Position numbers and translations under genes: made by a program. The notes beneath the pieces are model-generated. The model was not told where the DNA came from and did no database searches. It saw only the letters and a program-made list of their open reading frames with translations. This document shows, one piece after another, positions 11,167-27,218 of a DNA stretch of 64,000 nucleotides; the stretch's first letter is position 1; every line of letters begins with the position of its first letter. The stretch spans positions 269,102 through 333,101 of the forward strand of contig NW_003314285.1 of assembly GCF_000143415.4 (NCBI RefSeq). The letters run 5' to 3'. The DNA is from Selaginella moellendorffii. Its lineage: Eukaryota > Plantae > Lycopodiophyta.

Positions 11167-12231
11167 ATGGCTGGCCATGGATCATCGAGTCTCCTCGTTT
11201 TCCTCCTCTTCTTGCTCCATCTTCTTCTTGTCTCATCCTTTCGATTCTCCTTCTCGCCCCCTTTCACGAAGAATGACAGGATCCTGGTGGGAGGCAACGC
11301 AACCAAGACGGGGTCTTGCTTGCGCCTGACTTCCAGATCGCGATTCGAGACCGGGCGAGCAATCTACGCGGAGAGAATCAGGCTCGTCGATAGCAGCTCC
11401 AACACTGTTTCATCCTTCAGCACCAACTTCATTTTCCGGATTCGCCAGGGCCTGATCTCCGCCGATGGCCTCGCGTTCTTTCTCACCTCCTCCACCGAGG
11501 ACCCGCGAGTTCCACCGGAGGAGAGCTCTGGCCGCCAATTGGGCTTGATATCGGCGAACAGAGATGGATATCCGAGCAACCAGATGGTGGCGGTGGAGTT
11601 CGACACATACCCAAACGTGAACGAGACGCAAGACCAGCACGTCGGCATCGACATAAACAGCGTGAGGAACTCGTACCGGGTGGCGAATCTCTCGTCCAGC
11701 GGGCTTCAATTCACCAACATGACTCTCATGTCCGCCTGGATCGACTACAGCAGCAACAGCAGCGTTTTGGAGGTGAGATTGGGCTACTTTTACGAGCCAA
11801 GGCCCGAGGAGCCGATGGTTTCAGGCGTGGTGAGACTGAACGATTTCTTGGGTGATCGCGTTTGGGTTGGATTCTCGGCCGCAACGGGTGCTTTCGCCGA
11901 TGGCTATGAAGTTCTTGCATGGGAGTTTGCTGCTGGAGGTTTCAATCCAGAGATCTCGCCACCTTTGCTCTCCCCGTCACCGTCACCATCACAGTCACCA
12001 CCGTCACCTTTACCCGCGTCTCCTGACTCGTTGGAGCCACCGTCACCTTTACCCGCCTCTCCTGACTCGTTGGAGCCACCGTCACCACTTTCACCCCCAC
12101 CTTCATCGCCACCGTCACCACCAGCACCAGCACCAACACAAAGCTCTCCTTCCACCACTCCATCTTCATCACAACTTAGAAAGCCGTGGCCATGCGCTTT
12201 GATGCTCTTATTTGCGCTAGCTCTAGTATAA
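11167..12231 (+). CDS. Legume (L-type) lectin with Pro/Ser-rich stalk and hydrophobic, GPI-like C-terminus; no kinase domain
   Basis: Signal peptide; SFSTNF, ADGLAF, VAVEFDT, HVGIDINS, VGFSAATG; SP-rich tail containing PPSPLPASPDSLE x2; ends ALMLLFALALV. Confidence 0.9.
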   Translation: MAGHGSSSLLVFLLFLLHLLLVSSFRFSFSPPFTKNDRILVGGNATKTGSCLRLTSRSRFETGRAIYAERIRLVDSSSNTVSSFSTNFIFRIRQGLISADGLAFFLTSSTEDPRVPPEESSGRQLGLISANRDGYPSNQMVAVEFDTYPNVNETQDQHVGIDINSVRNSYRVANLSSSGLQFTNMTLMSAWIDYSSNSSVLEVRLGYFYEPRPEEPMVSGVVRLNDFLGDRVWVGFSAATGAFADGYEVLAWEFAAGGFNPEISPPLLSPSPSPSQSPPSPLPASPDSLEPPSPLPASPDSLEPPSPLSPPPSSPPSPPAPAPTQSSPSTTPSSSQLRKPWPCALMLLFALALV

Positions 12232-12301
12232 CCTGAGCATGGCTATTATAAAATAAAGAATCGATCTTTTTTATGCTATAGCGTTCTTATTCAACTTCCC
12301 A

Positions 12302-13572
12302 TTATAAGATCTTGTAAGAGTCGAGGCATCTCTTGCCTTGCAGCTTGTGCTTGAAAAAATCGGCCAAGTAATCCTGGAAAGTTACCTCCTTGTAGGCCGG
12401 GGGGTGCTCCTCGTCCAGTAGCTCCGGAATGGGACGAATTCGCGCTCCTCTCGACGGCTGATAGAACGTAGGAATCGAGATGCGAAGCTTGTCGCTGCTG
12501 ACTTTGGCACGGTGTTCCACGCTCTTGAATCGCCCGTTGCTCAAAATCTGTAAGGCATCGTCCACCAAAGTTCCAAAAGAGAAAATGCCGAAAGAATGGT
12601 ACCTGGAGCTGGTCGCCAAGGTTGACGACGAAGGCATCCTTCACTGGTTTGATCGAGTACCAGTGCCCGTCCTTGCGAACTTCCAGGCCCTCCACCTCGT
12701 TTTGCAGGAGCACAGTGATGCCTCCCACGTCCGAGTGCTCGCCAATCCCGATCGTAAGCTCTGGATTCGGACAAGGTGGATAATAGTTGCAAAACATCTC
12801 TTGCAGCCTCTCGCTGCCAAAAACACTGCCCAGGTATCTCCGCTCCAAGCCAAGGCTCTCGGAGAGAACTTCCAGGAGTTTGTCCGCCAGGCCCTTGACT
12901 CCTCTACAGTAATCCGATGCGACCCTCCTGGTTAAGAAACAAAAGAAAATTGTGCGTGGTATCTTTTAGTGTTCTAGTGGCTTACGCGAAATAAAAAATG
13001 ATACCTGTATGAAGCTGGCTTTGTTGGCCAGGACTGCATAGACTCCTCCAGTGGAAGGCAAGGATGCCGTAAATAATCCTTCCACTCGAGCGAAGTTTCT
13101 TGCGATGGATTGTGGCTGGTGCCAAATCGCGTCCTCTTAAACAAGTCCGCCGAGAAAATCTCCATGCGATCTTCCACAGGCATGGCGAAGAACTCCTTCG
13201 CGACCTCCACCATTTCGTGGATTGTGGCAGCCTCGACTCCGTGATTGATCACCTAGAAATCCATGGAAATATTTCGTGAAAGATCTCGTGATGAGATACT
13301 ACCTGGAAGAAACCCCACTCCTCCGATGCCCTCGCCACCGCCTCGACGATTCGGCCGCGATCGCTCCCATCCAGCTCCCGGAGATCGACGATCGGAACCT
13401 CGCCCCCGGGCGGCAATACAGACGATTGGACGCGCATCCGGCTGTCCGATCGGATGTAGAACCTTGGAAGCTCGCGAATGCCGCTGTCGACGAGATCCTT
13501 GACGCCGCGCAGCGATTCCTTGAACGAAGAAAAGTCCTCCGGAGTGAAGAGATTGGCCGCGGTAGCCGCCAT
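12302..13572 (-). CDS. 2-oxoglutarate/Fe(II) dioxygenase (DOXC class, DMR6/F6'H-like), 4 exons
   Basis: GVKDLVDSG, VPIVDL, ASEEWGFFQ|INHGV, NYYPPCPNPELTIG, EHSD (HxD), NLGDQLQ|ILSNGRFKSVEHRA, RIS (RxS). Confidence 0.93.
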
Positions 13573-14370
13573 TTTCTTTGTACTACAAATTCTAATCTCT
13601 GTCCTCGCGAAGAACCCCAAAATAAATACCTCGAGAGTATATTCCATCGGGATTAAAATATTTCCCCTAAATGACTTTACCGGAGAGCCCCCCAAACATA
13701 CAGCGCGGTAAAATTTTCAAAATGCGGGGGCTGTGCCACGTGGCGGGCGTGACAAGGACAAGGACGCATCCAGGCCGCCCATCTGAGATGTCTCCAACGG
13801 CTGCCTGCGCAAAGATTCCTGGCCGTCGGCTGCTGGCATCCGACGGCCATTATTGCCTCGTCGCGCAGTGTATCTTATTTCTTTTGTTCTTGCCTAGGTA
13901 GAGAATAGGGGAAGGTTTTGCGCGGTGTGGATCTTGGAAGAAACGTGCGCCGCCTCCACAGCGCGGCTCTTGGCGGGATCGAATCCAAGTAAGCGCTGTG
14001 CTTGATTAGATCGTTGCATTGCATCCTTCCATGGCGAGCGCGTTGCATCCCTGAATCGCGAGAGAGGGAGGGCGAATATCATGAATCATAGATCGTTTCT
14101 TGGCGAAATGTCCATTGCGCAAGCACGAGAGATGATCGATCTTGACCTTCTTGCATATTTCAGTGTGGCTGCATGCTATGCGTCCGCGATTTGGGGTCTC
14201 GAAGGAATGAGAATGGTTTCTTAGAGGAGATCATCTTGCATGTCGCGACACGCCATTCGTGGTCCTGTCGTGACGATTTCTCCTCCTGTTTGGATTTGTC
14301 TTAGATAAGGTTGCTAAAGTTTCTTCTGTGTGATGCATGGCGCAGGGAGATTTTGTCCACTTGGGAGCTC

Positions 14371-15856
14371 ATGAAGATGGACATTGGGAGCTCTCAGTCC
14401 TGGTGGTGGGAAAGCCATAATCGCCCAAAGCACTCAAAGTGGCTCCAGGAAAACTTGGGAGGTAAGTTTACTCTTTCCTGGGATTCTTCCCGCTATGAAG
14501 CAACGTGTTTGCTAAAGTTTTGATTTTTTTTTGTTAGCAGATGTTGAGGCGAATGTACAGGCAATGCTGGTTTTGATAGAAGGGGATGCCGACTCGTTTG
14601 CTCAGAGAGCGGAGATGTATTACAAGAAGAGGCCGGATCTCTTGAAAGTGGTGGAGCAGTTCTACAGAGGCTATCGGGCCTTGGCTGAGCGGTATGACCA
14701 ACTTACTGGAAGCATTCGGCAGATACCATCCACAATTCAATCGCAGTACGGGCTTGTCTCTGAGTCCCCGCGATCGTCTCCTTTCGGCAAACAGAAGAAG
14801 CAAGGAAGTGATATTATTAAGGAAACTTCTTCCACTTTGTTTACCGATTCCAATAGCGAGACTGGCGAATGTGACGGCAACGGGGATCACTTTGATATTT
14901 CTAGCGTGGACGAGAAGTCGGTGGAGCAGGGTCAGGACGGGGAGGAATCCTCGTCGTCCTCATCGTGTTCTGATGGGGAGGCTGATGGTGCAAGTCTGGC
15001 GATTCAGAAGTTACAGGAAGCTTTGGAGAGGTCTCAGGCAGAGAACAAGAGACTCAGCGAGAAGGCCAGGGAGAAGCTGCAGCAACATCGTGAGACTGAG
15101 AAACGACTGCACGGGTTCAGAGAAGATTTTCTCAGGGTGCAGAAGGAAAACAATACGCTGAAAGCCGAGCTGGAGCAGCTGACGAAGAAGCTGGAGGGAG
15201 AGGTTCAGGAGCTTTGCGCCGAGAAAGAGACTTTGCAACACAACCTCCGGGAGCTGGAGGAGAAGTATTCTTCACTTGACGAGAAGTCATCCCTGACTTC
15301 TTCGTCAATGCAGAAAGAGATTGCCTTCTTACAGGAAGAGAATGGGAAGCTGCAAGTTCTGATGGAGGAGCAAGAGGAAAAGCAGAGAGAACTTACAGCT
15401 GGTCTGAGGTTTATGAAGGGCACAGCCACGAGTCTGCTGGCCAAGAACAAATCCTTGATCGAACAGGTATTCAGCCTGGCCGAAAACGACGAAGCCAAGG
15501 AACATGCTCTGGTTGAGCAAAGAAACGAAGCATCAAACCTTTCTGATGAAATCCAAAGGCTCAAGTGCTTGGCAGAAGACAGGGAATGGACTGTGTCAAG
15601 TCTAAACTCGAAGGTGGCGGAGATGAACCGGCAGGTGTCTGAGCTAGAGATGGAAAACCAAAGGCAGAGAGATGCCATTGCGGAAAGTGCCGAAGAGAAG
15701 AGGGAAGCAATCAGGCAACTTTGCTTCTCTATTGACCTGCTCAACAATCGAAATCAGTGGCTGGAAGAGTTGGTGTTGTCAGCAAAAGCTAAGATCAATG
15801 ACTACAACGACAAGTTGGCTTTGAGATCTGCCAGGAGAGGCTGTTTTACGTCCTAA
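14371..15856 (+). CDS. NETWORKED (KIP1/NAB domain) actin-binding protein, NET4-like (intron 14462-14540)
   Basis: SWWWESHNRPKHSKWLQENL|D..., DADSFAQRAEMYYKKRPDL...YRALAERYD, a coiled coil, and C-terminal EEKREAIRQLCFS (IRQ motif). Confidence 0.92.
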
Positions 15857-16150
15857 GGTACTCATTTCAAAAATATAAAAAGAGTAACTAATGTAGTTGT
15901 ATTTGTTTGTAGTGTGTAAAAGGCTGCTTTGGACTTCAGCAAGCGTCCTTCATATAGACGCTACTACTTGTATGGAGATGCAGCCAAGACAATCGTTTTG
16001 TATTTGAGTGAGGTAATAAAGTTTTATAATGTTCTTTGTAGCGAGTCTCAGCCGAAAGAGTAATTTCATTCCTTTTGCTTGCACACCCAGGCATTCGGAA
16101 TACATCAGGCAAGTATTTTTCCTGCCTCTGTCTTGTATGTTAAATAATGT

Positions 16151-16970
16151 TCTTAGTTGTCGTCCTGCAGTTTGCTCATATACGGTGACTGGAGTCTGAA
16201 GATCCAGAGACGCAAGATTCGAGTTCCATCCGGTGCTCGGGCAGGTCTTCTCCAGGTTCGACTTGAATGATGCATCAATGGTGTCCCACTGTGGAGACGA
16301 GCTCGGAAGTTGGTGCACTGGGCTTGGCCGATGGGAGATCTTGAGTTGAGAGGCCTTGGTTCTGGAAGCTGGTAATGAGCCTCGAGGCAGTGAACGATGG
16401 TGCGGGGACTGCCGAGTTTGCCGTGCTCTGGCTCGAAGTTGTGCTATCAAGACGGTCCACAACAAGTAATTACCATCAGAAGTTTCCAGAGGCTCTGAGG
16501 TGAATGGAACAGGGAAATAGAGGGGATACATGATCTTGGGACGATCAGACGAGGTAACCCGTAGGATAGATATTCGGGTTCGGAGAACAGCTGGGACAGA
16601 GTCAGGATAGGTACCACAACAACCTTCCTCGCGCTGAGTGCACGCGCCTTTGCTGAAGCTCTCCATCGCGTGCTTGACGTTGTGAATTACATCAATGCCT
16701 CGTCCTGCTTTCGTTTCTCCACTGGAGCCAACCAGAAGAATCGAAGAAACAAGTCAGGGGACACCTTGACATGCAACTTGCAATCTCAGGAACTCCAGCT
16801 GAAGTGGAGACGGAGAAAGGATGCTGCCATCCTGTTCTCCTTGTTGACAAAGTTTGTGATGGACAATGGAAATGAAGTTGGGACAGGTACTTGAAGAGCT
16901 GAGCTGAGCATTGGCTTCAGCAGCATCGCCGCCATGAACATGACCACACAGCCGCTCGATTATATGCCAT
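16151..16970 (-). pseudogene. Collapsed class III peroxidase pseudogene (duplicate of 17601-18744)
   Basis: Fragments [52 protein letters not shown] and LDLQTPVT, with many deletions and frameshifts. Confidence 0.88.
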
Positions 16971-17253
16971 TGGACCTGAAACTCCTGGGAAGAGTTTGAG
17001 ATGACAAGTGAGTGAGGTGAGATGAAGTACCTCTGGTTTCTTGGTAATTGAAAGTCCATCTTTGGAGTCACAAACGCCTTGAAAGCGCAATGACTGGGAC
17101 AAAGAGAGAGCGTAGGGGCTATGAAGTTGAAAGCCTAGGAGGTTGGAAAGAAGTGTGGAGATGTCCAGATATTATCTTTCTTGTGTTACCGCAAGGTTGG
17201 AGGCCTGGAAAAACAAGTAGCAGACAGCCTGAAGATTGTAAATTACATGTTTA

Positions 17254-17400
17254 AGGCATTTGCAGAGAGTGCCAAAGAGAAGAAAGAAGCAATCAAGCAA
17301 CTTATGAACCTGCTCGACAATCTAAATCGAGGAGCTGGTGCTGCCAGCAAAACCAAGATCAATGAAGCTGGATGTGAGATCTGCCAGGAGTCCAATCTCA
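17254..17400 (+). pseudogene. Fragment of the NET gene 3' end
   Basis: AFAESAKEKKEAIKQL...LDN...ASKTKINE matches AIAESAEEKREAIRQL...AKAKIND at 15675-15800. Confidence 0.8.
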
Positions 17401-17600
17401 ATAACTTCAAAAGAATAACGGATATAATTGTATCTGTTTGCCTTGACGAGTTTTGTATTTGAGTGAGGTAAAAGAAAGCTCGTTGTTGAGCCGAAAGTGT
17501 TATTGAGTTCTTACTTTCAGGTACACAGGCTACACCCAGGCGCAAACTTGGAAATACATCACGCGAGTAACTAGTATTTTCCTGCCTTCTGTCCATGTTC

Positions 17601-18744
<1,144 letters not shown>

Positions 18745-19804
18745 CGGACCCGGACCTCCTGAAAAGAGTTTGGAATGACAAGCGAGCGAAGCGAGACGAT
18801 CGTTTCCTTTTTTTCTTTCTTCGCTCAAACGCTTGTATATGCCTGACAGGGATGCGGCTTGATATATAACACCAGAGGATGTAAGAACATGTCAATATGT
18901 CGGCTTTGGAACCTTCTCTACTACAAACGCGTGTGGGTCTCACTCTGTGGGCCGGCTGGACGACCTTTTGCTACTCCTGCTTTAAAATACTAGGAGATCT
19001 TCGTTTTTACCAAGAGAGACTAGACTGATGTCCGAGAGTTTTAGCACGATCAAGACTTTGACTTGCTGGCGATTGTTTGGAGGAGTTTGAAGATGATATC
19101 ACAGCTTGGAAGAATAAGATGATATCACGGTGTTCCGTTTGATAACAGATATTTTAACAATGGAAAGTCCAATTCTTCTAGTTTGATAACAGATATTTTA
19201 ACAATTGAAAAATCCAGACGTATGATTGATTGTAACACTTCATAAATTCAAGGGTGTTGTATACAACACTGCCTCTCACAAATCTCTAGACCAGACGTGA
19301 AAATATTACCAACCAGGAACATCCCACCTAGAAGGAAAAACATCCAGAAAAGAATTTGTTAAATTGGGAAATAGTGTAAACTTTAAACGAAAAATACAAA
19401 GCGGTGTGACACTGATCGAAGCAAAAACCAATCCCAATCGCCCACAAAAGATTGACGAGCGAGCGTTTTTTGGAGCTTTTGCGCTAACCGCGTGGACTGG
19501 CATGAATCCGTTAAATGAGACTGAATCCTATCTCTTACTGTTCCCGATTACTTCCTGTTTCTTGCTGGTGACTTGTCCAAATTCCGTGCGATGGAAGTGA
19601 GCTGCCCCGATTGTCAAATGCGATCATGCTGTCCGTTTACAAAACACAGATGAAAACGATTGAGCAGGACTTGGAGCCGCCATTTTTACTTTGAGAATTT
19701 GTAACTAGGTGCAATTATGAGCAACCTATTCAAAGTCAATTGGCTGCAGCCGCGATCGATTGACGAGAAGATTAAAAACTAAACACGACTTTAAAACATC
19801 ATCC

Positions 19805-20152
19805 CAAGCTCTTTGTTACGTCGCAACAACGAATTCTACCATTCGGACTTGTGCAACTTTTAGATGCTTGAAGAGATTCTTTGTTCTGGAAAAAATCTAA
19901 GAACATCAATCGAAGAGTTCCAAGTTCTTCGAACAACGAATTCTTGTGGCAATCAATGAATCGAGAGTTCCGTAACAAGGAATTCTACTTGGATTTGTGT
20001 GTTATTGGCATGTTTTAAATGCTTCAAGAGATTTTTCGACTAGTTTAGTAGAATTCTATAGAACAGTTCCAAGCTCTTTTTGTTACGTCGCAACAAGGAA
20101 TTCTTCCAATTGGATTTGGTATGTTTTTGGCATCTTTTAGATGCTTCAAGAG
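19805..20152. repeat. ~130-bp degenerate tandem repeat (about 3 units) downstream of a peroxidase
   Basis: CCAAGCTCTTTGTTACGTCGCAACAA.GAATTC...TTTAGATGCTT.AAGAGAT recurs at ~19805, ~19965 (partial) and ~20068. Confidence 0.65.
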
Positions 20153-20161
20153 ATGACTATA

Positions 20162-21329
<1,168 letters not shown>

Positions 21330-22041
21330 TGCTCGGAAAACGCAAAAACCTCTAGAGCAAAGATGATCCAAAAACTGTAACTGTTCTTCTTCTTCAAAAG
21401 ATCTAAGAAAGAACTATGGATTGAGATGATTGCTTGCTTCGGAATTGGAACTCTGGACTCCACAGTCGCTTACGCATCCATTATATACTACGAACGCCGC
21501 TCGGTTTTTGCTTGGAAGACGTATAGTCGGTTGATAGCCCAGAAGTTTCTCTTCAGACCACCCACGAGTCCTTTGGCCAAACGTGTGTGGGACACACTAA
21601 CACTCGTACAGCTCTAATTGTTTTGCCGCGCCGTTTGACCCAATAGCTCCAAGAGCACGACAAATTTTCGGTTGCGTGATCACGATCGAGAAGGAGATCA
21701 AAGTGAAAGCCACGCTTTCGGATCATGAAGACCACCTCTATCTCTCACTCTTTCTTTCTCTTTCACGTCTCACGGGATGATAACAAACAAGATCAAATCA
21801 ATCACAGCTGTCATTCCGGGGCCCTCCTTGCCTGGTGAGCAAAACATCGCTTTAGAGCGTCTTTAAGATCTTACGTGAATGGAAGCTCTCATGGTACGTA
21901 AGACCTCAAAGATGCTCTAGCTTGAATCTAAACGATTTGATGGATGGAAACTTCTACCCTCGCCATAACTAACACGGTCAACGCCGTCGCCGCCATGGTT
22001 GGACTACCGTTGAATCTTGTTTATCTTTTCGTCTTGGCGAG

Positions 22042-23994
22042 ATGGTGTCAACGATGAGAGCGTGTGAAGTTGGGGCCAGCCTCGATCACGCATCATGCGT
22101 GGAGCTCGTAAATTCTTGCAGCAACCTCTCCATGGTACGCTTTGCCCACTCCAAAGTCCGCCACCTCCTTGGCAGCCACATTTACCTCTCAAACAGGCTC
22201 CTCGAAATGTATGGAAAATGCGGCAGTGTTCACGAAGCCCGCCACGTTTTCAACACCATTTCCACAGGGAATATCTACACTTGGTCTCTCATGCTATCAG
22301 CATATGCCCGAAACGGGCATATTGAGGACGCCAAACAGATATTCGATGCCATGCCGCAGAGGGATCTCGTGGCGTGGACTACGCTCCTTGTGGCATATAC
22401 CCAAAGAGGGTATTTGCAAGACGCCGAGAAGGTGTTTGATTCTATGCCCGAGCTGGACCTCGTTACGTGGAATGCCATGCTGACGGGGAATGCCCACAAT
22501 GGGCACTTGCAAGGCGCCGTGCTGGTATTTCAAAGCATGCGCGAGAAGAACCTTGTGTCGTACAATGCTATGCTGGCGGCGTACGGACAGAACGGGAATC
22601 TCTGTCAGGCAAGGAGGATATTTGAAGAGATGCCAAACCGCGACCTTGTTTCATGGAACACAATGCTAGCGGCATGCGCTCAAAGCGGGGATTTGGAATC
22701 TGCGAAGATAGTATTTGACTCTATGAAGGAAAGAAATCTAGTTTCCTGGACAACAATTCTTGCGGCATATGCCCAAAATGGGCATCTGCAAGATGCCATG
22801 AAACTCTTTGATCGTATGAAGGAGCACGATCTCATCGCCTCCAACGCAATGCTCTCTGGGTTTGCACTTAACGGCCAGCTCCAACAGGCTAGAGGAATAT
22901 TTAATCAGATGGGCGAGCGCAACGTTGTGTCCTGGAATGCCATGCTGACTGCGTGTGTGCGAAATGGTGACATGGGAGAGGCAAAGCGGATATTTGATCG
23001 AATGGAGGTACGAACGCTAGTGTCGTGGAATGCCATGCTGGCTGCATATGTTCAGGCAGGACAGTTACCCAAAGCCAAAGAGCTCTTTCAGCAAATGCCC
23101 GACAGGGATCTCATCTCGTGGAACGCCATTCTCTCCATGCACGCGTGGAATGGTGACGTCGAAAGAGCAAGGGAGGTGTACGAAAGCCTCCACGAGAAGG
23201 ACATTGTCTCGTGTACGGCGATGCTCAGTGTGTATGCCCAGAACGGGCATCTGGAGGAATCTAAGCAGATATTTGACGGGATACCCGAGTGGGACTTGGT
23301 ATCATGGAATGCGATGCTGTCCTCGTATTCCCAAAACGGATATCTTCAAGATGCAAAGTTCATGTTTGACGAAATTCCTCAAAAGGATCTCGTTTCCTGC
23401 AATGCTTTGTTAGCGGCATATGCCCAAAATGGGCATCTTCTGGAAGCTAGGCGTGTATTTAGCTGGATGATCGAAAGAGACATTGTTTCGTGGAACACTT
23501 TGCTTGCTGGATATGCCCAGAACGGACATTCTTCCGAGGCACTGGATTTGTTTGCCTCGATGAAAATGAGCGAGATTCCTGATGAGATTGCTTTCACTTG
23601 CGCCTTGGTTGCCGCTAGTCATGCTGGAGTGGTCTATCCGGGTTGGTCTCTCTTTATCGCTATGAGAATGGACTATGGATTGATACCAAGCAAGCAGCAC
23701 TACTGCTGCTTGATTGATCTCCTCTCGAGGGCGAGGTATCTGGACGAGGCCGAAGATCTTATCACTCGCATGCCTTTTGTTCCAGACGTTTACGACTGGA
23801 CGTGCATTCTGGCCTCTTGTATCGATCGGAAAGACGCTGAAAGGGGCGCTCGTGTGAGTGAAAGAGTTCTAAGTCTGGATCCCCAAAATGCCGCAGCGTT
23901 TGTTTTGCTGGCAAACTCTTTCTCGTTTGATGAGACAAAACACCACTTGCAGAATGCACTTAGGAGGTGGAAGCTTTCTCCTCGAAAGTTCTAA
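22042..23994 (+). CDS. PLS-class PPR protein (S-motif-rich) with E domain
   Basis: 650-aa intronless ORF; long run of 31-aa motifs (RDLVSWNTMLAACAQSGDLESAKIVFDSM); E domain HYCCLIDLLSRA...; no DYW. Confidence 0.93.
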   Translation: MVSTMRACEVGASLDHASCVELVNSCSNLSMVRFAHSKVRHLLGSHIYLSNRLLEMYGKCGSVHEARHVFNTISTGNIYTWSLMLSAYARNGHIEDAKQIFDAMPQRDLVAWTTLLVAYTQRGYLQDAEKVFDSMPELDLVTWNAMLTGNAHNGHLQGAVLVFQSMREKNLVSYNAMLAAYGQNGNLCQARRIFEEMPNRDLVSWNTMLAACAQSGDLESAKIVFDSMKERNLVSWTTILAAYAQNGHLQDAMKLFDRMKEHDLIASNAMLSGFALNGQLQQARGIFNQMGERNVVSWNAMLTACVRNGDMGEAKRIFDRMEVRTLVSWNAMLAAYVQAGQLPKAKELFQQMPDRDLISWNAILSMHAWNGDVERAREVYESLHEKDIVSCTAMLSVYAQNGHLEESKQIFDGIPEWDLVSWNAMLSSYSQNGYLQDAKFMFDEIPQKDLVSCNALLAAYAQNGHLLEARRVFSWMIERDIVSWNTLLAGYAQNGHSSEALDLFASMKMSEIPDEIAFTCALVAASHAGVVYPGWSLFIAMRMDYGLIPSKQHYCCLIDLLSRARYLDEAEDLITRMPFVPDVYDWTCILASCIDRKDAERGARVSERVLSLDPQNAAAFVLLANSFSFDETKHHLQNALRRWKLSPRKF

Positions 23995-24456
23995 TTTCTT
24001 ATTCACAGCACACGAAAGTTTTTTGGGCTGTGGAGGGGCCATTAGCCAGCAACAAGTTACAATGGCGGACAGGCAGGATGCTTTGGTGGCGGAATGGGAA
24101 TGATTCCACTAAAACACTCCACCAAGAAAAATTGTCCAAAGTCACAGGATGCATTTGAGCTTGACTTTTTTTTGCGTCATGACAAGCTTGATCATCTCTT
24201 GTGAGATTTGGAAGTTGTGAGATTTGGTTCTTTAGAGGGTGAAATGTTTGAACTTGTGTGCCACCGCCGACTTTCATTCAAACAAACCACATGAAATGGA
24301 TACGACTTATTCCATCACAAAACAAAAAGCTTGTCAAAATACACCGGCTCGAGTTGTGTTTCACCACCGTGGCACCCGTGCTCGATACGGCGAGGTTCCA
24401 TCTATAAATGCAAACGTTTCAAACGTTTCAAAGGCAGGCCTTTCGAGTGAAGCTAA

Positions 24457-25558
<1,102 letters not shown>

Positions 25559-25624
25559 CTTGAGAAAAAGTATACTTGATAAACACCTTGGAACCAAGGG
25601 ATAATTTTTATATATTGAAAAAAT

Positions 25625-26584
25625 TTGCCACAGTATTTACGGATCTGTCCATTTGGAGCCAAGAGTGGCTTGAGGTTTCCCATATTGATCATTCCAGTCG
25701 CAAAGTCCTGGAAAACAACGCTTGAGCCATGGCATAAGTGTGCACCAGCTGTGCAACTGTCACAGTGTCTGGTCAGAGTGGAACGATCCGCTGAAATTTA
25801 TCAAGTTTTTGTAGTAGTTGTTGTCAGACACCACTGGAGTTTGCAAATCTAGAGGAGAAAGGTTTGTGTCACCACCACTGTTGGGACACTGGCTCCTGAG
25901 CGATTGGTTGTAGTAAGGGTTCATAGAATCTGGCGAAGAGCTCGCGATGGAGCATTGAAGGTCCCACATTGGCCTTGGCCGATGGTGTGAGATCCCAAGA
26001 GAGCGACTAGATCTTGCACAGAGAGGCCACGGCTTTGAAAGTTGGCGACGAGCATGGAAACATTGAAGAAGAAAGGTGGAAGTTCTACGTTTGCAGCCGT
26101 CTGGCTGTCTCGCCGGCCAAAGGTAACGGTCCATGTTGGTCCATTCAGCTGGTCAATGTTCATCCTAAGTGGTATAATTATTGTCATTACCACAGCCGAC
26201 CGACGTGCACGATCATATCAGCACATGAGACAGTGTTTAAAGTCTTTATGTTTTCAATCACGTTGTATCCTCGCAAGGAGTTTATGTTTGGGAAAGCAAA
26301 CTGCTCATTCTTTGAGCCATTCAGCATAATGGATGCATCACATCCCTGCAAATTATTCTTAATTTTCCTGCTTAATAGAAAGGGGAAAGCTTTTCTTACA
26401 TTCACATGACAGTCGTGAAAGAAGAGTCGAACTAAAGATGCACACATTTGTGGCTCGCTTGCCACAAACTGCAGCTTGGACAATTCCTGTGAGATTTGAA
26501 CAAGAACGTTGGGCTCAAGTTTGCAAGCGCATGGCCAGACATTGCAAACAAAAGAAAGATGCTAATCATGATGCTTGAAGCCAT
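25625..26584 (-). pseudogene. Peroxidase pseudogene (duplicate of 27219-28296)
   Basis: Same RLFFHDCHVN, GCDASIMLNG and LDLQTPVV segments with multiple internal deletions and frameshifts. Confidence 0.9.
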
Positions 26585-26819
26585 TCTTAGTGATAATCAA
26601 AATATGCAAGTTTATTATGGATTTGGCCTTTCTTTATATACAAGGGAGCTGATCAAGACAATTAAGTGAAACTCTTGACGCAAGCAATATTGACTTTCAG
26701 AGTTGAGAAAATGATAATTAAGATTAGCTTGTGACGCTAATTGTGGGTGGGTTGGCAGAAAAAATATCGGAATTCTTTGCGTGGGTGTTAGAAATCAGAT
26801 TCGGAAAATATGGCTCTCT

Positions 26820-27160
26820 CCAGGCAGACCCAGTGCGCCAACTTGAAGGCTCGGCTCTACAGGCCCTTCCAAAGCGGTGACCAGACGTTGCAAAGCTCGT
26901 GCGTGGGCAGCAATGGCGACACCAATCTCTCGCCGCTCGACATCCAGACGCCCACCAGCTTTGACAATCGCTACTTTAGGAACTTGCATAACCGGAGAGG
27001 GTTGCTCTTCTCGCTCTTTTCCGGGGACCAGTTCAGCAGGAGGAATCTTGCCAAATCATAGGCTTCGAGCCAGAGCACCTTCTTCCAGTACTTTGGTAAT
27101 GCAATGGTAAGGATGGGTAATATCAACGTGTTGACTGGATCCAATGGAGAGATTCGAAGA
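26820..27160 (+). pseudogene. 3' fragment of peroxidase 24472-25558
   Basis: KARLYRPFQSGDQ...[25 protein letters not shown] with deletions and stops. Confidence 0.88.
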
Positions 27161-27218
27161 AGTATCTTGATAAATACCTTGGAACCAAGGGATAATAATT
27201 TTTATTTATTGAAAAAAT

